Source of the DNA: Macrostomum lignano
Lineage: Eukaryota
Reading direction: 5' to 3'
Assembly: GCA_002269645.1 (NCBI GenBank)
Contig: NIVC01000296.1
Location: forward strand, 310,001-374,000
DNA length: 64,000 nucleotides
The notes beneath the pieces are model-generated. The model was not told the origin of the DNA, searched no databases, and saw nothing but the letters and a program-made list of their open reading frames with translations. This document shows positions 46,690 through 60,532 of the stretch, piece by piece. Every line of letters starts with the position of its first letter. Positions within the stretch are counted from its first letter, which is position 1. Both the position numbers and the translations under genes were made by a program.

Positions 46690-48799
46690 AAAGGAAAAAG
46701 TTGTAAAACTGCAGATGGTGTCTGGTGCACTTTTAAAATTTTTCTAAAGCGCAGTGCAGACAAGCTGCATGCCTATGTGTGTGCCCTGTTCCTTCTTAAT
46801 GGCTATTGCTCTAGCAAACAAATATACATGGAAGGGGCCTAATATCTGAAAAAAGGGCTTATACACTTGTCATTTATAATACTTAAAAATATTATAAGAT
46901 TTTTATTTTGATTTTCCTAAATTTGAAATTTTTATGAGTGAATTACAATTTTTAAAAAAATTTTAAGTCAAAAATTTGTAAGTGTCTAAAATGACTAAAA
47001 ATAAACTAATTTCTGCTACATATACATTTATTTTGTTTTGCATAAGCAATAAATCAAAAGTAAAAAAGTGAGTTTTGGTTGTATTATAACTTTATTTTTC
47101 TAATTTTAATTTTGGAAAATTTCAATTTTGATTTTAAAAAGTTATTAAGTTTTAATTTCAACAGAAAATACCCTTTTGAACATTTCTAATGATGCTAAAG
47201 TGTGGTAAAATAATTTGACTCTATTCTAAAGCATGTGTCTACAGATTTTCAACATTTACTCTAATAGGGTATATTTTGGTAGCCAGTGGTCCCAATGAAG
47301 CGCAAATTTGCGCCTGGCAGAAATGAGGCATGAATGCGCAAATTTTATAGCAATGGCACAAATTTTTTGCCACTGTATGATGCAAATTTTTCACAACTGA
47401 TTGGTGCAAAATTAGAGCTAAGCAACTCCAATTGGAAAAAAAAGTTTCTTTAATCCATAGTACATTATTAAGGGACAATGGAGCCAGTAAGTAACATAAG
47501 AAAAATGCAATAAAAAATTGTTCAGAATAGGAGGTAAAATGGTATAAGCATTGCTAATGCTAAGTAGCATCTGCCAAGGAGTTCTATAATTAGCAATCTA
47601 AAGCAGAAGCAAGTTTTACCTCATGAGGCCATGCCAATTGTGAAGATAAAGAGCCAGCACTGAATGTCTATGGCTCTGTCTGACTCTGTCTATGTTAGTC
47701 TGGCCTTATGAGGTAAAACTGAAAAACTCGTTTCCACTCTAGGTTGCTACTTATAGAACTCTTTGCCTTTGCCTTTGCCTAGATCAAGACCAAATGCAAT
47801 CTATGGTTTAAATGCTGAAATTTTATTTAGCACTTACTTAAATTGAAATGGAATTAATGTATTAATGTCTTTAACACTTTTCAATCTTCAAATTTTAAAT
47901 TATTTAGTCTGTTAAAGTCTGTTATTTAGTCTGCGTAGGCTGTTAAAATCAAATTTCATTAATAAAACAGATTAATTATGTTTTATTGTTAATTTAGCAG
48001 TAGGTCTTGTCTGACTTCTTGCTATTTTTTGCAGTTCCTTACATTTTGTTCTAATTTTTTAGTTTTAATCAAATAGTTCAAACTAAAATGCTACTAATAT
48101 TTTATTTGTAATCCTTGGCTGCTGAAATTATTAATTTCTGAAAGCAGTATAGGAGATACATGTATGCTAAATTTTGCTGTCAGGTAGTTGTAGTTGCATC
48201 AAACATCAATGCAGTTTGCATTTTCCCTATTGGAATAAATGTTATAAACCTGCCGATACGCGCTTTAGAAAGGAGTCAAACTATTTTACCGCGCTTTAAG
48301 ATTATTAGAGATGTTCCAAAAGATCTGCAGCTTTGTCGAAATCAGAATTCGCTAACTTTCCAAAATCAAAATTGAAATTTCCCAAAATCATAATTCAGAA
48401 AAACAAAGTTTAGTATGATCAACACTCACTTTTTTACAAAAAGTAGAAAGTAATACATTTATAAGTAGTAGAAAGTAGTTTATTTTTAGCAACTTTTTAG
48501 ACACTACCAAAATTTTCACTTCTAAATTTTTTTCTAAATTGAAATTCGCTCTAAAAAATGTCAAATTTTGGAAAATTGAAATTGAATTTTCGGAACATCT
48601 CTAAGCTTAATAAATTACAAGTGTATAAGCCCCTTCAACAGAGGTATTATACCCATTTCCATGTATATGTATTTGCTAGAGCAGCAGCCAGTAAGAAAGG
48701 GCAGCGCGCTTGCAAGCGCTGCGCCTTTGTGCACGCGCACTTTAGAAAAATTTCAAAAGTGCGCTGGATACTGTCCGCAGTTTTACAACTTTTTCCTAT
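46690..48799. repeat. Long diverged inverted repeat (arms about 46690-47135 and 48361-48799), foldback/TE relic
   Basis: Exact inverted seeds GGAAAAAGTTGTAAAACTGC and GGGCTTATACACTTGT, with colinear similarity over about 440 bp. Confidence 0.8.
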
Positions 48800-51700
48800 A
48801 AGGCGCATATTTTGCTGACATTTTCGTCACTGCATACCTAAAAATTACAGTATACCCATTTCAAGGTTATGCATGCCACGTGACTTTAAGCTAGGTGCAA
48901 AAATAGAATGGCGCAAAAAATCAATGACCTACTTGCTAGGACCACTGTCGGTAGCATATCTACTCTATGTTAATAGCATTCTCATTTATCTAATCCTCTA
49001 ACTAATGTTCTAACTTTCTTATTTAATTTCTTTAATTTTTTATTTCTTAATTTCTTATTAAAATTTTCTCTCTTTACATGTAGTTTTGCATGTAGAACAC
49101 AAAGTTAAAATCAGTTTTTTCTATATTAAAAATTAATAAATTTATTTAAAATAAAACTAATTAAAGTAAGTCACATTTTTTGGTCAAAAAGTAAGTTATA
49201 TAGTCAATGTCAGTCAAAGGGTTGCACATATATATGCAGCAGAATCAATTTAAATAGACCTAAGCTAAATTGCACAAGTTAAACTGAACCATAAAACTGA
49301 AATTTCAAAGTTGTTTGCTTTAATTCTATCACTCTTTTTGAACATAGACAGTTGTTTTTTGAGTTCTAAATTGTTCTAAGTTTTTTGAGCATTAGGTCTT
49401 GGTGACCTAATTTCATTATTTTTAGTAGTTTTATGTCATAATTATTTTATTTTTGTACTAGGGGTTAATTTCTGTCCCTACAAATGATTTCACCGCTGTC
49501 ACTAAGTTGTACTAGAGGTTTTGCTTCCTTCTTAATAATATCCCACTGCTGTTACCAAGTTGTTACAGGCCTTTTGGCTCTCTATGAGAATTCCACCGTT
49601 ATGCCACCAAAAGCTGTCCCAGGGCTCTTAATTATTCTTTTGCTAGCCATACTAGCTGCCACCACAGTTGTTACAGGGGGGGATTCCTATGCACCTAGAA
49701 TATTACTAAATGCCACCAAAGTTGTAATAAAGTTATTTCTCCTTAACAATTCTACTGGTTATTAATTGTCTTTCTACTGGTAGCGCAAATACTTCTATTG
49801 GTAGCGTATATACTTCTATTGGTAGCGTATGTACTTCAATTGTACTTTCTGGCCTGAGTGGTCTAATAGCACTGTCTATTGTATTCCTATACTTCCCCTA
49901 ATATTATTCTCTCAGTCCTGGGTGTTCCCTGGATCAGAGGGTCACAGCTTATGCTCTTTCTCTGCCCTGAGGCGATCTTCTCTCGTTATGAGGCGGTTCT
50001 CCTGCCTTGAGGCGAATTTACAATTTACTGCCCTGAGGCGGTTTCTCTCTTGTAGCGGTTTCTGATACTCCCAATTGGGGTTCTTATACTCTAAGAAATG
50101 ATTAAGTCTTTAAGCGATTTCAATATTTAGAACAAACTAAATTTGCTTATCAAAAACCGAGAGGCAGCAAACGGTTGCTTCCTCAAGTCTGCTCAGCGTG
50201 TCTTTATACCCAAAATTCGTTACAGTTTAAACAAAATAATAATTACAGAAATATTTTTGCAAACCACAACATTCAAACAAATAAATATTTCGCGCGGATT
50301 TGAATAAGCTTTTTCTAAGAAAGGCAAACCTAAAACGAGTAAAATTTAAAAGTATTAGAGCTATTATTAATGCCTGTCTAATTTCAAATAAAAAATAATT
50401 TAATGAATGAAAAAGAAAAGTTGTCAACCTTAGTTTCAATTTTTTGATGGCCATGATTCCATACTCAGGAAGGTGTCACATGTGTGGGAATATATTTCAG
50501 CATAATTTTGGACTATACATTATGCAAAGCTACAATATTATTTTTTAATTTAATTTTTTTTTTAAGTCTACATTCTTACATTTTGATTTATATACAGCTA
50601 GACCACTAATATGCAGTAACATTAAAAACTTAAGTAAAATTTGGATTAGATCAAAAGTTAAAATAATAGATCAATATTTATACATTTCATAAGCATTTTT
50701 TAGTTTAAAACTCTGCTATCTTTTAGTTCACTTTGAAAATAGTCAGAAAATAAGCTAAAACTTTATAGTAAAGTGCATACATATGCAACCTCCAAAATTC
50801 AGTTGGCCATGCAACTTAGCAACAAAAATGCACTGTAGTTTTTGGCCAAAAATGCAACTTACATATAAAAAAATCCTAAAGCAAAATTAACACAACTTTG
50901 GGTAAATAGCAAAAGTAACTATGACTGTCTTTTAAGCCAAAATGCCTCGTCAGCTACTTAGTACTACTACTTAGGTGTTTTTTTGGATGGGCATTTTTGC
51001 AACTTCCTTGGTTGGCTGCCAAATCAGTTGGTCGCCTCGGCCAATTGTTGCGCATATATAGTAAAGTGCCATTTTAAATTTAATTATTTGTTTATCTTAC
51101 CAAAAAACAATTATTTAATTGACATTGGACAAAATATATCTAAAAGCATATTTTACTATATATAGAATGTATAAAGTATAATATATATAAATATATATAA
51201 CCTAATATATATATTAGGTTACCTATTGTAAGCTAAATTTTTCTGACCAGCTTTGCTATGTGCCCCTATGAGCTAAAATTTCTACTGGGCTTTTGTTGTA
51301 TACCATATATACTACTGCTATTTTGTGCATATTTTTTGCATATTAAAGTTTTCTGCAATACTATATACTTTGAATATGGCCATGAGTATACCATTAATTA
51401 GCTAGTTAGCTATACAAGCTAGACTATAATTAAAGTGAATGCTTATCCCATGATATCTGTCTTAACTTGGGTCGGTCTAAGTGCCTAGTCCTAAGTACAG
51501 TAGGTTATATATAATATTATAGGCATAGTGATAATCTATCTAGTACTTATATATATACAAGCAGGCATGACAATGCTCTATGATAATAGGTTGCTCTGTT
51601 CAGTGTTGTGACACTCAGAGTTCATGCTATAGCTCAAGGTGTGGGGACACTCTTAAGTGTTTCTAGTTTTGATACTGTAGGTAGTATACTCTATATAAAG

Positions 51701-53829
51701 TAACCAGTAACCAATATTACAATAATTTGCAATATACAATGCTGCTATGCTGCTATGGAACAACTGCTATAGCAAGGCCTCAAAAAAGCTAACAAAGAGA
51801 ATGAACTTGGAGTCTTACTAGTGCCAGAAGCTATGAAGCTCATTTGAATATTATTAATAGCTATATACTTTATTTGCTTGCAATTGATTGAGTCCTTGTA
51901 GTAAGAGACATTTTTATAGCTTGCAAATGAGTGTAGTACCAGTGGACTTGTGGAGGCTACAGATGAATTTCTTTCTTTGGTTGTTTGTTTCTAAAAACTA
52001 AACAAAATATTTTTATTAACTTGAAAACAAAAAGCAAAAATATTTTACCATAATTAACAAAGTAAAAACATGTTTCAAGTATTTTTTCATTAATTACAGC
52101 ACAATACCATATAATACTATTCACTTAATTTTGAATTTAGGAATGACAAATGCTAAAAAATGTGACAACTAGTGTAATAGCTAAGCATATCAGTTTTAAA
52201 TTTAAATGTTGCAATTGTTGCAAAGTAACTATAATGGACTATAATAACAATGGACTATAATGGACTATAATATAATTTATATTATAACAACCATTGCATT
52301 GTTATAATATAAAATGAGAACAAAAAAAGAACAAAACATAGTTTTTCATATTTAAAAGCACAAAATATTGAGTTTTAATAAGAAGTAAGTATATTTGTTA
52401 AAACATTTACTAAAAAACCCTAACTCAACTTTGGGCAAAAAAACTTTACTATTCAACTTGACAAAGACTTCTATTTGTCAAGCTTTTAGTTATATGCTAT
52501 TAGTTTGTTTGCAGAGTTTTATGCTAAGATGGACATTTTTGGCATAATCCTAGTTTCCTACATTAAATTGTTGTGATAGTAAAAATGTAATAAATTAAAA
52601 CAGGTTAAAAAAGCTGCCTTTCTTGATTAATGCCTGGGTCTAATAGGCAGGACTAGTCTAGGTATAGCCATTGATATAATCAGCTTTGTCTTAGTACTAT
52701 AGCTGCATTGCAAGAGCTTTGGAAAGCAAATACAGCTTTGTAAGTTGCTAAATAGACTATATTGATAGCCCTTATTTGGTTAACTGTATGTCATGCATCA
52801 ATAACACAATTTTTGTATATTAATATCTAGGTCATAGAAGTTAATAAGAAGCTGTAAGTCTGCAACATGTACTATTGTTGTAGGCTCTTTAGTTCATCTA
52901 GCTATAGTCATAGCTAAAATTAAAAAATAATTCTTAAAATAATTTGATGTGAGAAACTAGAATTATATTACATTTTCATCTCCTATTGTATCTAATGCAG
53001 TGGAATAGTTAGGAATTTATTTCATGGGCTCAATAAGCATCTAGATAAAGGGATGTTTTCATAAGCCGAAAATTTTGGCTTGGGGGGATTTTTTCTTGAG
53101 AATTAAGGAGGGGTAATTTCAAGGGGCCCATTAGACCTCTTTTTGGCTATACTACTGGTCTAATAAAAATAATAGCTAGCAATAAAGTAGTAAAACATAC
53201 AAAAATAGCAATTTTAAGGAAAAGGGCTATAGTTTTTTATATATTTTATATACCATTTTTACGATTTTTATTGCTACTTTTGTTAAAATTTTCAGATAAA
53301 TATAAATAGTTTATAGTTTTAAATATATATATTAAAAGAAAATTTTTAGCATATGCATTTATATACAGTTTTTTACATATATTAGAATAAATATTTAAAT
53401 TCATATTCAATTAAATTAAAAACTTGATGAATACTCAAATATTTGATCTTAAAGAATTTTTAATTATATTTCCTAATGTTCAAGTATTGAGTAAAGTCAA
53501 AAAGTTCTTGTGTACTTAAAATATGTACTTACTTATTGTAAGTCTATTTAAGTCACTTAAAAGTACTTGTTTACTTAAAAGTAAGTAAAAATACTTATTG
53601 TATTTTAAATATTGTACTTTCTAAATAAATATACTAAATCTCTAAGGTTTGTATGTTATCTATCAATTTGCATTACAAAGCATCCCTAATATGTTTAGTA
53701 CATATGACTTGCAAATAGTCTAGTGAAAAGTTATTGAACATACACACATACAAACAACATCAGTTTTAATATTTTGAGGTTAGTAACCTTTAATACCAAA
53801 AGCCTACCAATCTAGTCCCCATTATTTTA

Positions 53830-54179
53830 TTATTAGAGGCAGGGGGTTGTTTGCACCCTGGTGCACTTTAAGCAACATAGGCACACAACAGAGGCATTAC
53901 TGCCCATTCTGCTGACTCCCCTGAGCAGGCATACAAGTGCGCAGATATGTACGCAAGCACACACTCACACAGGAGTGTACAGGGGCCCTAACTTTATATT
54001 ATCGTTAGGCATGTACACTTCACTGCGCCTTGGGGGTTGGCTCTCAATGCTGTTAATTGCATGAGAAGAGCTAAGCCAAGATTCTAATTCAGCCCCAAAT
54101 TAATGTGACTGCACTTGGAATCAAGCCTGGGTTGCTGGCACACCAGAGCAGCTGCGCTACCGCTGGGCTACAGCCCCCC
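53830..54179 (-). mobile_element. SINE family A, copy 3 (with tRNA-like head)
   Basis: Minus strand begins GGGGGGCTGTAGCCCAGCGGTAGCGC...GGCTTGATTCC; the body matches copies 1 and 2; TAATAATAAAATAAT tail. Confidence 0.75.
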
Positions 54180-55290
54180 AATCTCAATTTGCATTATAAA
54201 GCATCCCTAATATGTTTGGTACATATGACTTGCAAAGTTGTTGAAAATTAATAAAAATGGTATAATGTATGGGGTAAAGTGTTGACCCATTAGAGTGAGC
54301 ATATAAATGTATACATTATGTTATGTATTTGATTTATTAATCAAAATTAGTTTGTCGTTTCATTTAGTAAGGTATTTATTTTAAGCTAATATGTATAATA
54401 AAAAGTTAAAAGTATAATTCGACCTACTAATTAGGCTTGTATTCTAAGATATAAGGATTATCTGATAGGTTAGTAATCTAAATTTTTGTTTGATATTTAC
54501 AGACTTATAGATTAAATATACAAACTAGTAAATTAGATTATGATGAAACATTGCTGGCATATACCAAAGCCTAGGGAAGTTTAATGATTATACATCTATA
54601 TGTATTTTGCTAATTTTGAACTGTTGAAAAATAGACTTAAATGTTTATTTTATTAGAATTTTTCAAATAGAATTATAAGGATATAATGTTCATTTAAAAT
54701 TAGAAATCATAGTCTGATAGTTGCTAAGATCCTATAGTTTGTTTTATAAATATTAATTTGTATAAGGTTTTGAATATGAAGTTCAAGTGTTATTTGCAGT
54801 TAGAGGTATGACAGTGGTTCAATCCTGTTCCTAAAATTCCGGAATCCTGGCAAATTGGGATGCCAGTCCCATTTCTGTAATTCCAACAAACAATCCTATA
54901 CAACCTCTAGCTATAGTTTGACTTATCAGCAATTGAATTTAAGAATGAAATTGAAAAAATTGACCTGAATAAGCACACAACTGTCAGTCGTCTGTGTTTT
55001 CAGCTTAATTATCATGGAAAGCTAATATAGGCACATAAGGTTTTCTATGTAATTGTAAGGATGTGCTTTAACCCATTGGGTTCGAGCCCAGCCCAACTAT
55101 GGTAATAAAATTCGCATGAAAAGCTTGGAGTACACATTCTTTCGTCGCTCTATGGTCGCTATAATTGGCTTTCATGGGATTAAAATATCCTACATTTGTT
55201 ACCGAAGTTATCCTACATTAGACCGAATTTTCTCAGAGCTGTATTAGCTTTTGCGTCTCAAATTTTGCAGAAGTTGCACTCTCCCTTGCC

Positions 55291-56157
<867 letters not shown>

Positions 56158-57306
56158 GATTGCGGCAACTGCTTGATAGCGACGCCTGTTTGCGGCCTGA
56201 GCAAGGAGACTAGCTGGGACAATTTAATATTTTGTTCCCTTACTTTGGTTGAAATGGAGCTAGTAATTGGCCATACTTGACTTATTAATCAGTTTTAACG
56301 CAATTAATTATGCGCTATAAAAATAATAATTTATATTCAAACTTGTTCCTATTTGTAGCTGGGTGTAGTAGCGGCTCATCTTTATTAATGTACTCAAGAC
56401 GTAGCAGCAAAAACCATTGTGCTTTTTACACTCATTTATTGCTAATGAAGCCGCAACAGCACCGTGGATTCTTCTCTCTGATAACTTCTTCGCTTAATAA
56501 TAACGCTACAGTAGTGACCTCGAATGTTAGTCTAACCTTGCGCATTGAGCTGTTTCATTGACACTTGCTAGGAACTTGCTACGATTCTTTTTGTCCTAAC
56601 TCTGCTTCTTGACCCTTCAAATAATTTTCAATGTCTGAAATGTTTTTTTATTCTCTCTAATATAAGTCAATGATACAATTCATTCAAACCTGCACGACTT
56701 TGTCGGTCTTTGTTGTGCTTTATTTTCTCGCGTACTTGTCCGTGTCTCTTTGTGTCTTTGCACATTGACCCGTGTTTCTTTTTAATTCCCCGGTATAATA
56801 TACTTGAGTTTAATTCGTTTAATGTAGCGTGCTTGCTTTTGTTTCTCTCGTTCTCTTCTCGTTATGCACAATGTGTTCCATAAGTTTAACAACCAATTAA
56901 AATATATTTATTAAATGCATATTTCTATACACTGGGCGAAAAATCGGCCTGTCTATTTTTTGGGAAAAATAAAACTTGAAAAAATATTTTTCGGTCGAAG
57001 CAAATACGTCAAACAGTTTTTATTTTATGCGGTACTAATAATGCGATCCTCGTTTTAAGTTTAGGCTAAAGCGTTACACCGGGCTGCGTACATGAATGTC
57101 ACGTAGTGGCTTATCGGATTTTTAGATTAACGATCCAAGATTAAACACTGTGAAAACACAACTGTCCCAGCCCTAAGACCTAAATAGGGCTAGCTAAATT
57201 GTGTGAACCAAACATCTTTTAAGTGAACATTATTTTTATTTTTTCTATTACAAAATCGGCGATAAAAACAACTTTTTAATATTTTAATTACATGCATGCT
57301 GTTCTA

Positions 57307-60300
57307 ATGGCTGGTCGAGGCCGGCCTATCCAGCCAGCAGTCGCTGATTTTAATGACGAATGGGCTGCTGAACCAGCATCAGGAGATGATATCAATCAGC
57401 AAGGCACTAGCGACTGGAGTAGTGAACATTTAAATATCGATGTTGGCGGTAATCGTGTTCAAGGATCCAGTAGCCACAGAAACCAAGGACATCTTAGTGG
57501 CAATCAAGCGAGCTACTTCGATTACGGCGGAAATGAAGAGTCCCGAGATGGCTTTGGTAGCGGTCGGGGCCGTGGTGGCTTTGGAGCCCGTGGAGGCTTT
57601 GGTAGCGACAGAAACGAAGAACCTCGTGGAGGCTTTGATGGCGGTCGGGGCCGTGGTGGCTTTGGAGCCCGTGGAGGCTTTGGTAGCGACAGAAACGAAG
57701 AACCTCGTGGAGGTTTTGATGGCGGTCGGGGCCGTGGTAGCTTTGGAGCCCGTGGAGGCTTTGGTAGCGACAGAAACGAAGAACCTCGTGGAGGCTTTGA
57801 TGGCGGCCGGGGCCGTGGTGGCTTTGGAGCCCGTGGAGGCTTTGGTAGCGACAGAAACGAAGAACCTCGTGGAGGTTTTGATGGCGGTCGGGGCCGTGGT
57901 AGCTTTGGAGCCCGTGGAGGCTTTGGTAGCGACAGAAACGAAGAACCTCGTGGAGGCTTTGATGGCGGTCGGGGCCGTGGTGGCTTTGGAGCCCGTGGAG
58001 GCTTTGATAGCGACAGAAACGAAGAACCCCGAGGCGGCTTTGGTAGCGGTCGAGCCCGTGGAGGCTTTGGAGCCCGTGGAGGCTTTGATGGCGGTCGGGG
58101 CCGTGGAGGCTTTGGAGCCCGTGGAGGCTTTGGTAACGACAGAAACGAAGAACCCCATGGAGGCTTTGATGGCGGTCGGGGCCGTGGTAGCTTTGGAGCC
58201 CGTGGAGGCTTTGGTAACGACAGAAACGAAGAACCCCGAGGCGGCTTTGGTAGCGGTCGAGGCCGTGGTGGCTTCGGCAGTGACCGTAGTCAAAGAGGTG
58301 GGTTCGGTGGCAATCAAGAGAGCGACTTCGATTACGGCGGAAATGAAGAGCCTCGAGGTGGCTTCGGTAGCGGTCGAGCCCGTGGTGGCTTTGAAGCTCG
58401 TAGAGGCTTTGATAGCGGTAGAGGCCGTGGTGGCTTCGGCAGTGACCGTGACCAAAGAGGTGGGTTCAGTGGTAATCAAGAGAGCGATTTCCAATTTGAC
58501 AGAAACGCAGAACCTCGAGGAGGCTTTGGTGGTAGCCGAGGCCTTGGTCAAAGAAGTGGTTTTGGTGGCAATCAAGAAAGCGACTTTGATGGAGGCAGAA
58601 ACGAGCGATCCCGAGGAGGCTTCGGCGGTCGTGGTCGGGGATCGAGAGACATAGATGGCTTTAGATCGTTAAGTAGAGAAGATCAAAGTGGTGAAGAGTT
58701 CGAAAGGAGCAATCGAGGCTTCGGAAGTGGATTCGAAAGTAGAGACTTTTATCGTCGGGATAATGCAAATAACAATGGTGATAGCGTCTGCTTCAGGTGT
58801 CAGCAACCAGGACACTTTGCGCGAGAATGCACTAATTCTGGCGCGATTGCTTGTTTTAACTGCGGTGAGTCTGGCCACTTTGCCGCAGAATGTCCGAACA
58901 CTCAACGCACTAGCAGAGATGGTCCATCAGCTGCTCATATCCCGGAGACGTCGGAACTTGATGAGATATACAACCAAACTGTCCATGCCGGCATTAACTT
59001 TGACAACTACGAAAAAATTGATGTCGAAGTTTCGGGTGTTGACCGACCCGGCTACTTGCAATCATTTGATGAAATTGGCTTGTCCCCTGTCCTAATGGAC
59101 AATATTTCTAAGAAGTTCAAGTATACAAAGCTAACACCCGTGCAGAGATACGCTATTCCGATTGTACTTAAAGGTCGCGATTTAATGGCCTGTGCACAGA
59201 CAGGGTCCGGGAAGACGGCGGCTTTTATACTGCCTATGGCAAAGTTAATCACTGAGATAGGCGATATCAGCACTGGTGGAGGTTATACTACTTATCCGGT
59301 TGCTCTTGTCTTGGTACCGACCAGAGAACTCTGCAACCAGACGTTTGAATTCGGCCTGTAAGTTCATTGCTATTCTTGAATCAAATATATTCCATTAGTC
59401 TAGTGTTACTTTTAATCTTGTTTTTAGTTTCTGCTAGATAAAAGCAAGCATTTGTTCTCACATCACTTACAGAGGCTTTCTAGCTGGAACGGGCGTTCGA
59501 ATTCAACGAATTTATGGCGGACCCAAGACGGACTACCTGCGTAATGAGCTGGCCAATGGCTGCCACATTCTGGTGGCCACTCCCGGCCGGCTGAAGGACT
59601 TCGCCGAGAGGAACATTGTCAGTCTGAACAAGACCCGCTTCCTTGTGCTTGACGAGGCCGACCAGATGCTTGACAGGGGCTTCATGGACTCGGTGACTTG
59701 GACGCTGGACCAGATGCCATCCAATAGGCAGATTCTGATGTTCTCGGCTACCTTCCCTGGTCCGATTCAAGCTCTGGCTCAGCAGTACCTGCAGAACTAT
59801 TTGTACCTGACTGTGGGTCAGGTGGGCGCAGCCAATCCCGACGTGACTCAGGAAGTTCGCGAGGTGCAGCAGGACGACAAGCAGGCCGCTCTGGAGTCAG
59901 TCATCGACGAGTGGCATTCGGATCCGGCTCGAAAGAGCGACCGGATTCTCATCTTCGTGGAGACAAAGCGACAGGCGGACTTTGTCGGACTGGCTCTGAC
60001 GCAGAAGAAGCAGCTGCTCTGTACCACAATTCACGGAGACCGGCTCCAAAGCGAGCGCGAGACTGCTATCAGGGATTTCAAGAGGGGCAAGAAGCCGGTT
60101 ATGGTCGCCACAAACGTGTCGGCTCGCGGCGTTGACATCAACGGAATCGAGCTGGTGATCAACATGGACCTGCCGAGCGACTTTCAAATGTACGTGCACC
60201 GCATTGGTCGCACAGGTCGCTGCGGCAACACAGGCAAGTCGATCTCGTTTTACGACCACGGACGCGACTCGGCCCTGGCCCTCCTGTTGCGCCAGAATCT

Positions 60301-60532
60301 GGAGAAGTCCGGTCAGTCCGTGCCAGACTGGCTCGACGTTTACGCGGACCAGTCCGGCGGCGGCGACATGGGCGGCGTCGGTGGCTTCGTAGGCGGCAGC
60401 AATCGCGACATGAGGCGCGGCGTCGCCAGAGACCGGTTTCGCGAGCAGCCCGACGAGGGCGACTTCGCCGAGAGCGCGTTCCGTCCTGCCCCAGCCGCTG
60501 CTCAGCTATCCAACGACGATCCATGGGATTAA
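57307..60532 (+). CDS. vasa: Vasa/DDX4 DEAD-box RNA helicase, about 1036 aa
   Basis: Exons 57307-59357 and 59473-60532 (phase 2). RGG/FG-rich N-terminus, 2 CCHC knuckles, AQTGSGKT, PTREL, TPGRL, DEAD, SAT, ARGVD, HRIGRTGRCGN and terminal DDPWD. An in-frame ATG at 57292 is an alternative start. Confidence 0.95.
57595..58260 (+). repeat. Coding 81-bp (27-aa) RGG tandem repeat in the vasa N-terminus
   Basis: GFGSDRNEEPRGGFDGGRGRGGFGARG, five near-perfect copies followed by degenerate ones. Confidence 0.92.

Noticed and set aside
49943-50089. Short minus-strand exon-like frame (EYKNPNWEYQKPLQER...)
   Set aside because: No recognisable motif or supporting exons; too weak to call.
52276-52313. 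15-bp AT-rich perfect hairpin
   Set aside because: Low complexity in a very AT-rich region, no TSD seen; plausible by chance or slippage.
55075-55095. Isolated B-box GGTTCGAGCCC upstream of Ran
   Set aside because: No A-box or cloverleaf; at most a SINE remnant.
57430-58654. Long antisense ORFs (T/A/K-rich and V/A/E-rich) over vasa; similarly 63280-63951
   Set aside because: Shadows of the RGG-repeat coding strand.
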